The notes beneath the pieces were generated by a model, which was not told where the DNA came from, did no database searches, and saw only the letters and a list, made by a program, of their open reading frames with translations. From assembly GCF_009914755.1 (NCBI RefSeq), contig NC_060926.1: 64,000 bases of DNA; one strand, 5' to 3'. A program made the position numbers and the translations under genes. Every line of letters starts with the position of its first letter. Position 1 is the stretch's first letter. Origin of the DNA: the human T2T-CHM13v2.0 reference genome, Homo sapiens. Below, piece by piece: positions 28,435-47,132 of the stretch.

Positions 28435-29643
28435 TACTTGGTTCATTTTAAAGAAGAACATTTGTGTTTCCCTTGGTGGAGACCCTGGGGAGCTGCCTCA
28501 CTGGCTGATTCCTTCTCTGGGGACAGTGCCGGCGCACAGAAGAGAGCCTCCAGGGGCCACGGCCCAGGCACATGACCTTACCCTTCTGACCTCAGCAACT
28601 GGTTTGGGGTGACCCCTTACGCTAGCAGGGCCAGTCGGGTGCTTTTTCTAGGGTTTTTTTTTTTTTTTTTTTGAGTAGATAAGGACAGGGACAAGGAGCG
28701 CCTCGTATCAGAGGCGCTCTCTACCACAGCACTCTGGAGAGCAGGTCCCCAGGCCTCCATTGCTGAGGCCTCAGAGCTGTCTGGTTCTCTGGCTGGTCAA
28801 CTCTTCCTTTCATCAAACGACCCCAGCAGCTCTTCATATTTTCCTTAAGCTAGTCAGTCCTGTCTGTTACATACAGCATAAGGAGAAACAAACCAACTTT
28901 TAGTTATTACACTAGAGTTTAAATTAAGATTAAGCTATGTAATGAACACTATGGTTGTCAATTAAGCAAATTTTGGTCATTGCTTGTTATGATCTTTCTT
29001 TTCCTTTCTCCAAAAGTTAGTAAGTAAGGAGTCAGGCTGACAGAAATGTTGCAAAGTTAATGTTTGTCTTTTAAAAGTTTGACAACGCTGTAACATGAAA
29101 TTCTGGCATTTTGCCAAGTAATGAGTCTTATTTTGTTACACAGGTGCTATGTAAATGCATCCTGACTAAAAAAAAATGTTCTTCACATTTTCGGGGGGAA
29201 TAAAAAAATGTTCTTCAGATCTTTGGACCACAGAGTGCAAAGTGTTGCACCAACATATATTAGCTTATTATTAGAGAGTTAAGTATAGCTTTAAACTGCA
29301 GCAGCTGGGAATGGAGTTTTAGGTTTAACACACATTATAGGTAAAGAAATAACAACACCAAAGCTGGGAAGCAGAGCAAGGGCCACACAGGTCACACCGC
29401 CTGGCAGGCTGAGGAACGCCTTTGCCTTTCCTCAAGGTTGTCCTTGGCAGCTCCTACAGCATGAGAGGGACAGAAGAGGCAGAGCGGCCTGGGACCTTCC
29501 CAGGGACTGGAGGCAGGACGCACTGCCTACCCACCACTTCCTACACTGGCTCCATCAGGAGAAACAGGGCTGAAGACAAGGTTGGAGGTAACTTTGCAGA
29601 GGAGAAGCCACAGGCAGAACTCTCAGAACATGGGGTAGAAGCA

Positions 29644-29948
29644 GGCTGGGTGCAGCGGCTTACACCTGTAATTCCAGCATTTTGGGAGGCTGAGGCGGGT
29701 GGATCACTTGAGGTCAGGAGTTCAAGACCAGCCTGTTCACCAACATGGCGAAATCCCGTCTCTACTAAAAATACGAAAGTTAGCTGGGTGTGGTGGTGCC
29801 CGCTTTAATCCCAGCTATTTGGGAAGCTGAGACAGGAGGATCACTTGAACCCAAAAGATGGAAGTTGCCATGAGCAGAGAAGATTGTGCTGCTTCACTCC
29901 ATCTTGAGCAACAGAGCAAGACCCCGATTCAAAAAAAAAAAAAAAAAA
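29644..29948 (+). mobile_element. Alu (S-type left arm, diverged)
   Basis: Full dimer with A tail; residual TSD GTAGAAGCA at 29635-43 and 29956-64. Confidence 0.9.
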
Positions 29949-32574
29949 GGGGGCAGTAGAAGCAGAGAGGGGCAACCTTTGTCCTGGTCAGTGGGGTGGG
30001 GCTGTCAGCTGAACACTCAGGAGCCTCATATCTTTGTGTGACCTCTCACACTCTAACATCGTCTTCTAAGTCACTGAATGGCTCCCAATGCTGCAAAGGA
30101 AGGAAAGCAAACAATTGGTATTTGGGAGCTCTGGGCAATAGGGGACAGCTCAGCTCCAGCCTGTTTGAATTTGTTAACTCATTTTCAGCACAGGACATGA
30201 TCTGTGCCTTTGTGATCTGTGACCATTAAACACCAATGCTACGAAGTTGTACTGGCCTATGTAACTCCTAGCATCCTCTCATTTGTTCAACAAATAAATA
30301 CTTACTGAGCTCCCACTTAGTGCCAAGCTCTGCTCCAGGCACTGGGGTGACAGAAATCCAGGCCATCCAGGAACTTCCTTCTAGTGTATGAATTTGTTCC
30401 ACATCACACTACTTGATTTGTTCAAACCAAGATCTAAAGTCATGTTTGTGGGAGGATGGTTGGTTGTCTTTCTGCTGCCTGGCAACTTTTGTTTTTCAAC
30501 ACTGCCATGTACACAAATGCATTAACTAATCTCTTGGGCAAGGATCCAAGATTCAGAATAGCAAAGTTGGGCTTTTATGGGGTAAACAGCCCAAAGACAG
30601 GCAGAAATGAAGTTCTCAAGCAGATGAGACAAGTGAGCATGGAAGACAAGGCTAGTGTTCTCTATACGCAGGGGCCAGCTCTTCTCATGTCTTCTTTCTT
30701 GACCTGTCGACAGCCTGATAATACCTGAAGCTGAACTTGGGAGTCAGCTCAGAGCTGTGTAGGCTACAAAAGACTCCGTTAGCTCCTCCTTACTTAAGAT
30801 GTATTTCTCTTAAATAGCTAATTGCAAAGTGTCTGATACTCATTTTATTTTTTCTTTTCCATCGTCCTCAATTTTAAAACACGTTCAGGGAAAGATCACA
30901 ATTCTTAAAGAATTCCACCTTCCCTCTCAGGAAGAGCAAATTGAGGACTGGAAGTCAGATGGGTTTGGGTAGCACTAGGCTGAGAGTTCCAGCCAGAATA
31001 CAAGCTTGAAACTTTGGCCTCCAATAGATAAGGTGGTTTACATTATTTCTCCCATTTGCTTTAATTTCCAGAATCCAAAGTATTTCTTTCTTCTACAACA
31101 ACAGTTTTAGTACTGTGAAAGGCAATGCAATTTACCATTAAATGCCAATGGAAATGCCATGTCATTACCCAGTATGGTGCAGTGCTTCATGACCTTCAGT
31201 TCTGATGATTAAACTTTGCAAGATAGGCAAATAAGTATGTCAACACATGCCGGCATCTTCCTATGCCTACAAACACTCTGCTGCTCTGTGGATTTACATT
31301 CCTGCCTCATTCCATTAAGGAACCAAGGCAGCTTACAGAAATACACAAGATGAAAAAGAAATAGATGGAGAATTGAACACAAAAGCAGAATAGAAAGCTT
31401 AAGCCAGGGATGAAGTTAATTCACAAGAATGTACAGAAAAGCATAGCTCATATACTGGTTTATAGAGGAGCAAATCCAGCTCTCAGTCTTCCCAAACAAG
31501 GGGGAAAGTCAGTTGTAAAATTCACAGGGTCCATAAATTTTAAAATAATAATATGCTTTATTTGGGGAAAGCATCGTTTTAATTGGTAAAGAGAAAATAA
31601 AATTAACTGTAGCCCATGCCTACAGCATACCAAGGAGACAGAGAATGCTGTGAACTTCAGTTTATATGTAACAGGCAATGAATACATGAGGCCACCAGAC
31701 TCAGCTTCTGAGCCCAAGTCAGACCTGATACTCAATGGAGGTGACGTGGAAAAGAGAGTGCAGCCAGGTCCCACCGAGGGGCAGATCACAGATAACTTCC
31801 ATCAGAGTTCGCCCAAAGAAGGAGCTGACTCCACCCTTGCCAAAAATGTTAACCTGAATCTAATTAAGCCTTTAAACCTAACTCCCAGGATACATGTAAA
31901 AATGGTAAAAAGTAGCAAGTTGAAGAGGCAAGGGGATTTACCCTCACTCTCCTAACAATGGCCTCCAACCCTCATATCTTACCATGAGGAAGGGAGTTTT
32001 ATGTTGGAGGAGGCTGGAACTGGGGCAAGGCTGGATACTGCTGTACTGGAGGTTCCTGTCACCCATGTGAGATAAGCTTGGGTGACACATTGCTCACCTC
32101 AGTGTAGCTCTTTGGGTAACAGAGTCTCTTGAGTGTCCACCAACAGAGAGACTTTCTCTTAAGTGAGCCCCAGATTCCCAGTGCCCAGACTCCTGAGAGT
32201 GGGTTCTGTTCTGGCCTATAAAAGAAATTAGGAAATTGGAGATGGAAGAAAGGGAAGGAAGTAGGGGATTGTCCAGAGGTCAAGAGATGTCATTCTCCTC
32301 TAAAGTATCCTCAACAGATTTCAGTTGCCAACAGCAATCTTTCCCAAATGGAATTCTGATTCTATAGATATTTATAGGTGAGGCTTAAAAAGGGTACCAT
32401 GATGAAATTAATTTTGAAATGCGGAATTAAATGGGTTTGTTGCTTTGAGACTTGACATAGCCTTGCATAAGCAAATGTGTCCTGTGAGTCTTTAAAACTG
32501 GGTTTATATATCTACTGTTTCTAAAACTTATATAACCATGAATTTTTTTCTGGGGCATTCTGAAAATTCTGAAA

Positions 32575-33110
32575 TACTCATTCACTCATTCATTCAACAC
32601 ATACTTGTTGAGCAGCTGGAACTGCCACAGACATTGTTCTTGGCATAGAAGATGCAGAGATGAATGAGACAACGTTCTTTCCCAAATGGAGTTTATAGTA
32701 TAATGAGATAACAGGAAATACACCAACAAAATAGAGACTACGATAGGTGTAATAAGTGCTATAGAAATAAAGCAGGGGAAAAGCATAGAGAATGGTGGGG
32801 TGGGAGCTTGCGATAGGTGTGAGGGGTGGTGGCTGTTTTAGATCCGTGGTCAGGAAAGGCCTCCCTGAGGAGTGATGTGTGAATACAGACCTGAGTGAAC
32901 AAGGCAGTGGCCAGGAGAAGGTGTAGGAAGAGAGTATACCAAACGGAGCTGACAAGTACAAAGGCCACGGGCAGGAAGGAGCCTGGGGAGTTCCAGAAAC
33001 AGCAGGAAAACTAGAGTGCTTATGGTAGAAGGATCAAGGTGGAGAGGAGGGGTGGGAGAGGGCTTCCTCTGGTAGAAGTAGGCAGGAGCCAGATTGTGTA
33101 GGGCTAGATC
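32575..33110 (-). mobile_element. L2 LINE 3' fragment
   Basis: cattcactcattcattcaacacatacttgttgagc...ggtcaggaaaggcctccctgagga. Confidence 0.75.
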
Positions 33111-35922
33111 ATGGGAATGTTCAGAGAAGAGGTGAGCATTTAGGGGATTTTGCAAATGACAGGCTGTGAGTTACAAAGGTCAAGAGTTTAGGGTTGTGAA
33201 GGAGTGAGAAACTGAGTCATATTTGTATACCTGTTGAACACACAGGTATAAGATAATAGATGAGGAATAAGTGAACTGGCATCTTGGATCCTGGTGGTGA
33301 CTGAAGCAAACGGGTGACAGCATGTTGGGATAAGTTGTGATACAGGGTACTGAGCTCTCATTGCAGCTTCCAACCTGGATTTGTCCGTGGGCAGCCAAGG
33401 CTTGGGGCATCCTGAAGGCAGGGAAGAGGAAGTATTACCAAGGACATCTAGAGCTCTTCAGGGCTCCCTAACTTCTAGCTGACAGCCCTGTCTCAATAGG
33501 GAAGAAGTGGTCATGTTAGAAGTGTCACCGATGGTCTACTTTTCTTGAGGGAATGGGCTGTGTTCTCTTTTTCTCACATAATACCTAGCCCAGTGCTATA
33601 TACATGTCTGATTATCTGTAAATATTTGTTCTACTAAACTAAATGTATATCTTGTGACTTTGAGAAAATGAATATTCTAGAAGAGAAAGTGAGTTACACT
33701 ATAACCAACAAAATCCAAGCCCATGTCAGCTGAATAATAAATCCATACATGGGAAGCATAAACATTTCTATCATAACCATTAATAGCACTCAAATTATTA
33801 AAAAGCTTAAAAAGAACTCCAAGTGGAAATGATGAAGATTGTACATGCATGTTAATGAAATGTGTCATTACATATGCTGATATGTGTCTAAAGGAGAGAT
33901 AGAAACTTAAAAATAAGACTTTCTTTGGTATTAAGTATACATTTGCATCTTTGTTTTCTGTTTTTAGTTATATCATTTTAATTTAATTCAATATAATTTA
34001 AAAATCATTTTTTCTTTATGACCATCGTTATCCTGAAAAAAATTAAAGGCTATTGAAAATGTAATTAATCATGACCTTTAGGTAGTTTCCTGAATTGATG
34101 AACTTTTCTATATTGCTCATTAACCCCGTGTCAGACAGTAAGCCCTGATGGTATTTCTGTACCATCATGGTCACTGGAAAATATGTATTGGAAGAAAGTA
34201 GTAAAGATATCATAATCATTTAATTTTCCTGCTGGAAGAAGCTTTAGAATTCATTGAGAAGCAGTGTTGACCGTAGACGAATGTTGACTATAATTTGAGT
34301 CAATGATGAATTCCTTCCTCTACTATAAACCCATGTGTAAACATGGATTTTTCATCAAAAAATTCATCAGTAGCTAGTCCTTAACTCAATCTTAAGGAAA
34401 CTTTGATGTATAAAAATCATAGAATATTTAAATTTTATAACATGCTTTAAATTCTATTTTGGAAAAACCAGAGAAAACAGACAAGCAGAAAGAACAATAT
34501 AAAAATCACTCATAACCACTCATAGCCACCACCACCTTCAGACCATTATTAGTAACTTCCTTTTTGAGTATCCTATTCCTGTTTCGCAACTGGTAAATTA
34601 AAGATTCAAGAGTTTATGTGAATTCACCAAAGTTACAGAGGAAAAATTAGTTGCAGTGGTTGTTCTAGAGGCAATGGCAGATGTTTGAGGCCTCTTCCTC
34701 ATTCACTCTGTATCAATCCAAGTACTCCCTTCCTTCCCATCTACCAATCTTGGTTTCTACCCACACACCCCTATAATTTTTGAAGCCACTGCTAGTTGGT
34801 AGTGGCGGATTCAGGGGATAGAACCAGTTCTTCTGTCTGGACCAGTCACTCTCATGCCTAAACTTATAAGCAAAATGAATTGCCATTGGTATCTCATGTT
34901 TCGATCTTGCTTCAGGGCACTACTTTAGAATATGGACAGTTAATGCAAATTAATACAGTTATCAGCCCTACTGAAATCCATCGAATCTTAGTAAACTAAG
35001 GTCTTGTTTGCTAGATTTGCTATTTAAAAAAGAAAAAAGATACAGTAAGGGAATAAAATAGATGCCAACTTGGCATTATTCTTTCAGTGATAAATAAAAT
35101 ATTCTGACAGAGGAGTTCCTGATTAAAGATGCAAGGACCCTGTCATGCTAACTGCAGCTGATTTCCTGCCTTGAAATGTCTTCCTGCTTGTGTCACTGCC
35201 AGTGACTGACAGCTGGCTTAATAATTAAATTCAAGCAATGTTTGCTTTTCTTGACCTTTACTGGGAAACAAATTTTCAAGCTCTGGACATGAGTAGAGTG
35301 TTTTAATTTGGGGAGAATAATGTGTTTGCATCATTTCCAGCAACCTGTGTCTGTGATTACCTGTGTTATTTTACATTCCACTTCACAGCGGACTTCTAGA
35401 GGGTGGCTGGTAGTTGAAGTCACTCGGTAATTAATATCCAGCTTTGGCTCCCTGCACATGTTTCACCCAAAAGAGGGCATTTTTGTTTCTGGTAGACTTA
35501 ATAAGGGCTCTGGCAGCCCACTGTTCTCAAGTGTATCCAAAGCCAATTTATTTTGAACATCTAGGTTTTTCATAGTCTGTTAAGGTCTTTAGTCATTCTT
35601 GCTTATAAGAACAAATCGTTTTCTCCAGTTGTAACCTTGATTTACTTGCCTTTCTTTACTTACATGCTTTTTGTTTTGTTTTCTTTTTGTTTTTGTATAT
35701 GCTCTCCATCGCCCTCTACCGGGGCAGACAGGGTGGTGTAGCAGCAAAGAGCTCCCAGACCTGGGTGAGCTTCAGATTTTTATCTGGAAAATGGGGATAA
35801 CACACCCATCTTGTAGAAGTGTTGAAAGGATGAGGAGAAAATATGTATGTAATGTGTCCATCAAGTGCTTAGCACATGGTGTGGTGGCACTAGATACATG
35901 TAACTGCAGCTGTTATTTTCTT

Positions 35923-36409
35923 TTTCTCTTTTTTTCCAAGTTATCAGCATTTATTTATTTTTATTTATCAACTTCTATTTTCAGTTCCAGGGTACATGTG
36001 CGGGATATGCAGGTTTGTTACATAGGTAAACGTGTGCCATGGTGGTTTGCTGCACAGATCAACCCATCACCTAGGTATTAAGCCCAGCACCCATTAGCTG
36101 TTCTTCCTGATGCTCTCCCTCTTGACAGGCCTCAGCCTGTGTCGTTCCCCACCCACCCCATGTGTCCATGTGTTCTCATCATTCAGCTCCTACTTATAAG
36201 TGAGAACATGTGGTGTTTGGTTTCTGTTCCTGCATTAGTTTGCTGAGGATAACAGCTTCCAGCTCCATCCATGTCCCTGCAAAGAACATGATCTCATTCT
36301 TTTTTATGGCTGCATAGTATTCCGTGGTGTATATATACCACATTTTCTTTATCCAGTCTATTATTGATGGGCATTTGGGTTGATTCCATGTCTTTGCTAC
36401 TGTGAGTAA
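35923..36409 (-). mobile_element. L1PA8/PA10-like 3' end inserted at the end of a MIR
   Basis: L1 3' UTR; 18-bp TSD TGCAGCTGTTATTTTCTT at 35905-35922 and 36410-36427. Confidence 0.9.
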
Positions 36410-37576
36410 TGCAGCTGTTATTTTCTTGTGTATCCAAAGTCCTCTTTGTGACCTTTCTTTCCCTTACTTTGTGGGCTCTGCAGGTTGCCCTCTTCTTTGA
36501 AATCCCAGCACCCTTTTCTCAAATCTTTCAAAGAGAATCAATTGCTTGGGAGAAAATTTCCCTTCCTTATCAGGATCAGTTTGGCTATTGCAGAACATGC
36601 TGGGGTTCTTTCTTTGTCTGGTTGGTACCTAGCTTGGATTTTCTCCAGTCCTCCCATGTTAGTGGAGGGTGTAGCCTTCAAGAATACAGCTGCCTATGGG
36701 AGGCAGCCTCATCTTTAAATGAAATTTCTGAGTCTAAGGACAAGTAAGGATGAGCCTATGTTTAGCCTATGTTTAGGGATGTCCAGATATGTTATGTACA
36801 GTGAGGGTGACTATAATTCAACACCACATTGGAACACTTCTGAAAATGAAAGAGAACACTAAAATCTTTTAAAATGCTTTTAAAATACTTATTTATTAAA
36901 CAACAAATTTTTTTTTGTTGTATTAGCAGACCTGCAAAATAGTTTTATTCAAATCATTTTTCAAAAATGAAATCCTTTTAAAAATATAAATACATCTGTG
37001 TCTATAATTAGCCCAAATTTAAAATTTCATTATGTTTTTAAATTTAAAAAAATAATACAAGCAGAATATTTATTCTTCATACATATTCTTGTACTTGAAT
37101 CAGTTTCTTAACCATATTTGTCTCTAATTCTGTGACAGTAGTATTTTACTAAAGAATGTATTTTTAAAATATGATCTAATTTTTAATTTTTTCATAAAAT
37201 TATCTGAAGTCTTGTTCACAGTTGTCATTTATGGTTAATGAATTTGAAATTGTTTATGCCTTCATTTGTTTCTTCTCTGCAGAACATAATATCGTTAATG
37301 GAGAAAATACTCTCAGTATAGATATTGAAGTACCCAGTAAGCTTAAAGAAAATTATTCTAAATGGAGGCTATTCCCAAATCTATTTTGTTTTATATTGAA
37401 ATGAAACAATATGTCAACCCCAACATTTTCAGAGGTACTGTCTTTTACCTGTATTCAGAATATTTTTTCTTAAGAAATGTTTTTACATAACAGACACATC
37501 AAATATAAGTTGTCTGTATAAGCTTTTGGAGTCTTTTAGCAGAGTTTCAGATGTTATAAAAATCATAGCCCTATTC

Positions 37577-41445
<3,869 letters not shown>

Positions 41446-41559
41446 AAATCATAGGCCCATTCAATTTCATTTCATTCCAGCACAGGGTATACAATTATCT
41501 AATTATAAGTAGGAGCTCCATCAGAAAATTCTTTTCTCAGGAACCAAAAAGCTATAAGA

Positions 41560-44500
41560 CATACAGAAAACAATTAACAAAATAGCAGTAGTAAATTCTT
41601 CCCTGTCCGTAATTATATTAAATGTAAGTGGTTAAACTCTCCAACCAAAATACATAGATTGGCTGAATGAATAACAAACCATGATTCTACTATATGCTCT
41701 CTCACTTTAGAGACAAAAAAGACTCATTTTAGATTTAAGGACATGCATAGGTTGAAATTAAACACACGGAAAAAATATTCCTTGCAAATTGTAACCAAAA
41801 GTGATGGAATAGCATACTACTACTATCACACAGAATAGACTTTAAGTCAAAGACTGTTACAAGAGAGAAAAAGAACATTGTTAATGATAAAAAGATTAAT
41901 TTACCAAGAGGATATAACAATTATAAATATATATGCACCAACATCAGAGCTCCTAAGTATACAAAATAAACACTGAAAGAATTGAAAGGAGAAATAGATC
42001 TACAATAATAGGAAACTTCAATACCTCAATTTCAGTAATGGAGAGAACAGCTTATAAAAGATCAATAAGCAAACTAAAGGACATGAACAACACTATAGAC
42101 CTATTGGTACTGACAGACATATATAGACCATCAACCCACAGGAATAAGATACACATTTTTCTCAGGTGCGCATTCTCCACAACAGACCATGTTAGTCCAC
42201 AAAATAAGTCTTAACAAATTTAAGAAAATTTAAATCATACAAAGTATCTTTTCCAATTACAATGGAATGAAATTAGAAATGAATAGCGAAGGACAAAACT
42301 TCAGCTTAACTAAGAAAAAACGAGAGAAGACCCAACTAAAATAAAAAATAAAACAGGAGCCATTACAGCCAATTTTACAACAATAAGGATTATAAGATAA
42401 TACTGTGAACACTTGTACATTAACAAATTTGGTAACCTAGAAGAAATGAATAATTTCCTAGAAGCACACAGCCTACCAAGACTGAATCATGAAGAAACAG
42501 AAATTGTGAACTGATTCATAACTAGTAAAGGGGATTGAGTCAGTAATAAAAAACCTGCCAACAAAGAAAATCCCAGGACCAGATGGCTTCACTGGTGAAT
42601 TCTACCAAACATTTAAAGAAGAATAGACACCAGTCCTCCTCAATCTCTTCCAATATATCGAAGAGGAGGGGCCACTTCCAAACTCATTTTGATACCAAAG
42701 CCAGACAAACACACTACAAGAAAAGAAAATTACAGCCTGAGATCCCTGATGAAGACTGATGCAGAAAAAGCATTTGACAAAATTCAATACCCTCTAATGA
42801 ACAAAACACTCAACAAAATAGGAACAGAAGAAAACTACCTCAACATATAAAGGTCATAAATGAAAACCACACAGCTAACATACTCAGTGGTGAAAGACCA
42901 AAAGCTTTTCCTCTAAGAACAGGAACAAAATAAAAATACTTGTTTTTAGTACTTCTGTAACATAGTACTGGAAGTCCTAGCTGGAGTAATCAGGCAAGTT
43001 TTTTAAAAAGCATCAAAATTGGAAAGGAAGAAGAAGTAAAATTACTTCTGTTTACTGTCAACATGATCTTACATGTAGAAAACCCTAAAGATGCCACAAA
43101 AACTATTAGAACTAATAAGTTCAGCAAAGTTGTGGGATGTAAAATCAACACACAAAAATCAGTTGTATTTCTGTACACTAACAATACACAATCTGAAAAC
43201 AAAATTAAGAAAACAATTCCATTTACAATAGCATCAAAAAGAATAAAATATTTCAGAATAAAGTTAAAGAAGTAAAAGACTTACACACTGAAAACTATAA
43301 ACATTGCTGAGAAAAATTAAAGAGGACAAAAATAAATGGGAAGATATTCTGTGTTCATAGATTAGAAGACTTAATATCACCAAGATGCCAACACTTCCAA
43401 AGGGATCTACAAATTTAATGCAATCCTTGTCAAAATATCAATGATATTTTTTGCAGAAATAGAAAAATCCATCCTAAAAGTCATATATTTCAATTCTCAA
43501 AGCATCTCAGATAGCCAAAACAATATTGAAAAAGATCAAGGCTGGAGGTTTCACACTTTCTGATTTCAAAACTTATTACAAAGCTACGGTAATCCAAACA
43601 GTGTGGTACTGGCATAACACAGACATACAGACCAATGTAATAGACTAGAGAGCTCAGAAATAAATTATCATATATATGGTCATATAATTTTTAACAACAG
43701 TGTCAAGACAGTTCAGTGGAGAAAGAATAGTTTTTTCAACAAATAGTGCTGGAAAAATGCAAAATAATGAGGTTGGATGCCTACTTCATACCATATTCAA
43801 AAATTCACTTAAAAGGATTTAAAGAACCTAAACACAAAACCTGCAACTATAAAACCCTTAGCAGAAAACATAAGGACAAAACTTCGTGCCATTAGATTTG
43901 GGAATAATTTCTTGAATATGACACCAAAGCACAAGCCACCAAAGTGAAAATAGACAAATTGGACTGCATCAAAATAAAAAACTTCTGTGCACGAAAGGAT
44001 GTAATCAACAACACAAAAGCAACCTATAGAATGGTAGAAAATATTTGCAAATATTATATCTGATAAGGGTTTAATGTTGAGAATATGTAAAGAATGCCTA
44101 CAACTCAACAACAAAAATACAAATAACCATTCAAAAGTGGGCAATCGACTTGAATAAACATTTTACTAAAGAAGATATACAAATGATCAACAAGCATATG
44201 AAAAGATGCTCAGAATCACTACTCATTAGGTAAATGCAAATCAAAACCTCATATCTATTAGGATGGCTACTATCAAAACCAAATAAAACAAAATAATAAG
44301 CATTGATGAGGATGTGGAAAAATTGGAACTCCTGTGTGCACTGCTGATAGGAAAGTAAAATGGTGCAGCCGCTGTGGAAAACACTATGTTATAAAAAAAA
44401 ATGTTTCTCAAAAAATTAAAGATGGAATTATTGTATGATTCAACAATACCACTTCTGGGCATATTTCCGAAAGTATTGAAAGCAGGATCTCAAAGAGATA

Positions 44501-44970
44501 TTTGTACACTCATGTTTATAGTGTCACTATTCATTATAGTCAAGAAGTGGAAGCAGCTCATGTTCACTGACAGATGATTGGATAAACAACATGTCATATA
44601 CATTCGATGGAATATTATTCAGCCTCAAAACAAAAGGAATTCTGACACATGCTGCAGCATAAATAACCCTTGAAGACATCATGCTGTGTAAAATAAGCCA
44701 GTTACAAAGCGATTGCATGATTCTACTTATATGAGGTAGCTTGGGTAGTCAAATTAAAAAAGAACAGTGATTTCAGAGGCTGAGACTAGTGGGAAAATGG
44801 GGAGTTGTTTAATGAATATGGAATTTCAATTTTGCAAGATGAAAAAGATCTGGAGATTAGATGCAAAACAATTTGAAAATACTTAACATAACTGAGGCTG
44901 TACACTTAAACATTGTTAAGATGGCAAATTTTATTTTATGTGTTTTTTCCACAGTTAAAAAAATAAAAAG
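41560..44970 (+). mobile_element. Old L1 (L1MB-like) with internal deletions
   Basis: Degenerate ORF2 from the EN start to an L1MB-type 3' end (ctgtacacttaaacattgttaagatggcaaatttt). Confidence 0.85.
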
Positions 44971-45567
44971 GCTCTTCTCACAGGTAGAGATATTCCAAAG
45001 CATTATCAGAGTTAAAGCTCTCATTTAATTTTTCCCTTTCTCCAGATTTGAAAGAAATAAATGTCAACATTTCTGTTTAGGAGCTTTGTTTTCAATAATT
45101 GTAATTTTCTAAACATTTCAAAAAATTTTTTTGATGATAATTTATTCAATAAGTCCTTTATTGGTGGGTATGTCAGATGCTTCTAGTCTTTATTAAAAAT
45201 AATTCCACAAATGTAACCTCATACATGTATTATTTCATAATTATGGAAGCATACCTTCAGGGTAAATTTCTAGATGTGGGATTGCTAGGTCAAGGGGAAA
45301 ATATAATTTCACTCTGTATTGCCAAATTGCCCTCCTTGGGACTTGTACCATGTTGCAAAAAGTTTCAAAATTTAAGTCGTTTTGGTGTTATAGTCATTGA
45401 ATAATTAGACTTTAAATTGTTTATGCTCAAAATGCAATCAAAATTTAGAGGAAGTATTAAAAATTCTAATACATTTCTGAGACAAGTTGATTTATGAAGT
45501 AGTTTTTCAAAGGCACAAACATTTCTAGAATCTGATTAATAACAGAAAACAAAGAGAAAAAGTACTG

Positions 45568-45639
45568 GATGCCAACCTAAAGAGTTTCTTTTTAACTGAA
45601 TGCCTGATGCCAACCTAAAGAGTTTTTTTTAACTGAATG
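45568..45639. repeat. ~35-bp tandem duplication
   Basis: gatgccaacctaaagagttt(c)tttttaactgaatg occurs twice (45568-45602, 45606-45639). Confidence 0.9.
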
Positions 45640-46815
45640 ATATTATCAATGTAAAGATGTTGTATTTATGTTATTCTGTGTATATATGTAATATTTATAA
45701 ATGGTGCCAACTGTGGCTTCCATTTGTTTTTTAGAATATTGCAAATTTGATTATAATTATGAATTTGTGTGCAGAAACCTAATTTTGTATGTTTCTGCTC
45801 CATAAGTTTCTTAAGAAGAACATTGCTTTTACCATAATACTATGCTTCATTAAAATTTAGATGGACACACACAATAAGTACTTCTATTTTCATTGTTGAA
45901 CTTATTACTTGGATTTATAATAACATTTACAATAATTTCAAATGTTTTCCTTTGCTAGAATAAACTTCCAAAAACTTTACTATAATTCTGAATGTTGAAA
46001 AAGAAAAGATTAAACCTTTGTTGGAATCAGCTCAACTGAATTTCATTTGGACTTATTTGAGGACACCAATATAAAATGTTTATATATAATTTTTCTTTTA
46101 TAAATGGAGCCAATACATTAATAGCTATTGCTTTATTTTTTGCACACACCAAAAAACTTTCAATTAAAACAGAGTTAATTAACTTAAAAGAATGGTTGAT
46201 CTAAATGAAAAGTCATACATCAGGGAGTAATAAGTAAATGCATCTTCTACCATTGGAAGTGGCAAATTGGACACAGTCTTCTTAAAATAACTTCTGTCTC
46301 CTGTAGTTGATTCTGATGCTTTTCCAGCAGATTTGTATCTTCTTGTTTTCATGTGGTCAGTGATGTCACTGTGGCCCCCATTTCAATTATCATCAACTTC
46401 CCTAACTTACTTGGAACATTTTGCAGGCCACAGCATGGGCCATGTCACAACTGGCTGGTTTATTAAGTAGTCACCATAAACACTAACACTCAATACTTCT
46501 ACCCTCACCGGAAGACCTGAGGCATTTGATAAACCTCAAGTCTAGTTATCTCTTACAGCTTAACCTATTTACATTGCCTTCTAGGCAGACATGTAGGTTT
46601 GAAACTCCTGGTTATAAAATGTTTTATGGCATCCAGACTTGTTAAGGTGAATATTTGTTTCTAGTCTTTTGGGTTTCTCTAGGTGATTTCAAATACCTCT
46701 AATATGCATCCACTTACTTTCTCAAGTACCTGAAATGAAAGCAAAGTGATGTTCCCCTTCCTGCTGTGGAAGTTAAAGGTACTAAATGACAGCATAGAAT
46801 TTGGACCTACATTTG

Positions 46816-47132
46816 TGTAGCGTTGATAAGACCAAACACCAGGTCCTGGGGGCGAAGAAAAAGACAGTTTGAGAGAGAAAGTGGGAAACGGGGCCATCAC
46901 GAGTGTGGAGGCTGCGAAGGCCCTGAGCTCTGGGAGCTCATGCTATTTATTGGTGCTCAAACAAAGAAACAAGTGGTGAGGATGTGGGGATTGAAAGGAA
47001 ATGGTGTATCAAGTGAATGAGAAATATATGGCTGCTTGAGATAATGGTAGTGCTAGAAGCAAGGAGCCAGAAAGTCTAGCAGACATGCAAGCCCTGCCTC
47101 AGTTTCTCTCCCAGCACTCTTTTCTCCCAACG
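46816..47132 (-). mobile_element. ERVK 3' LTR (LTR14A-like, HERV-K14/HML-1)
   Basis: Minus strand begins (T/C)GTTGGGAGAAAAG directly after a polypurine tract (aaaaaagagaagggggca); contains AATAAA; ends ...CA. Family name from recall. Confidence 0.75.

Noticed and set aside
28520-28561. REST half-site (ggacagtgcc) and CTCF-like cctccaggggccac
   Set aside because: Only a half RE1 site, and three mismatches to the CTCF core; not supportable from sequence.
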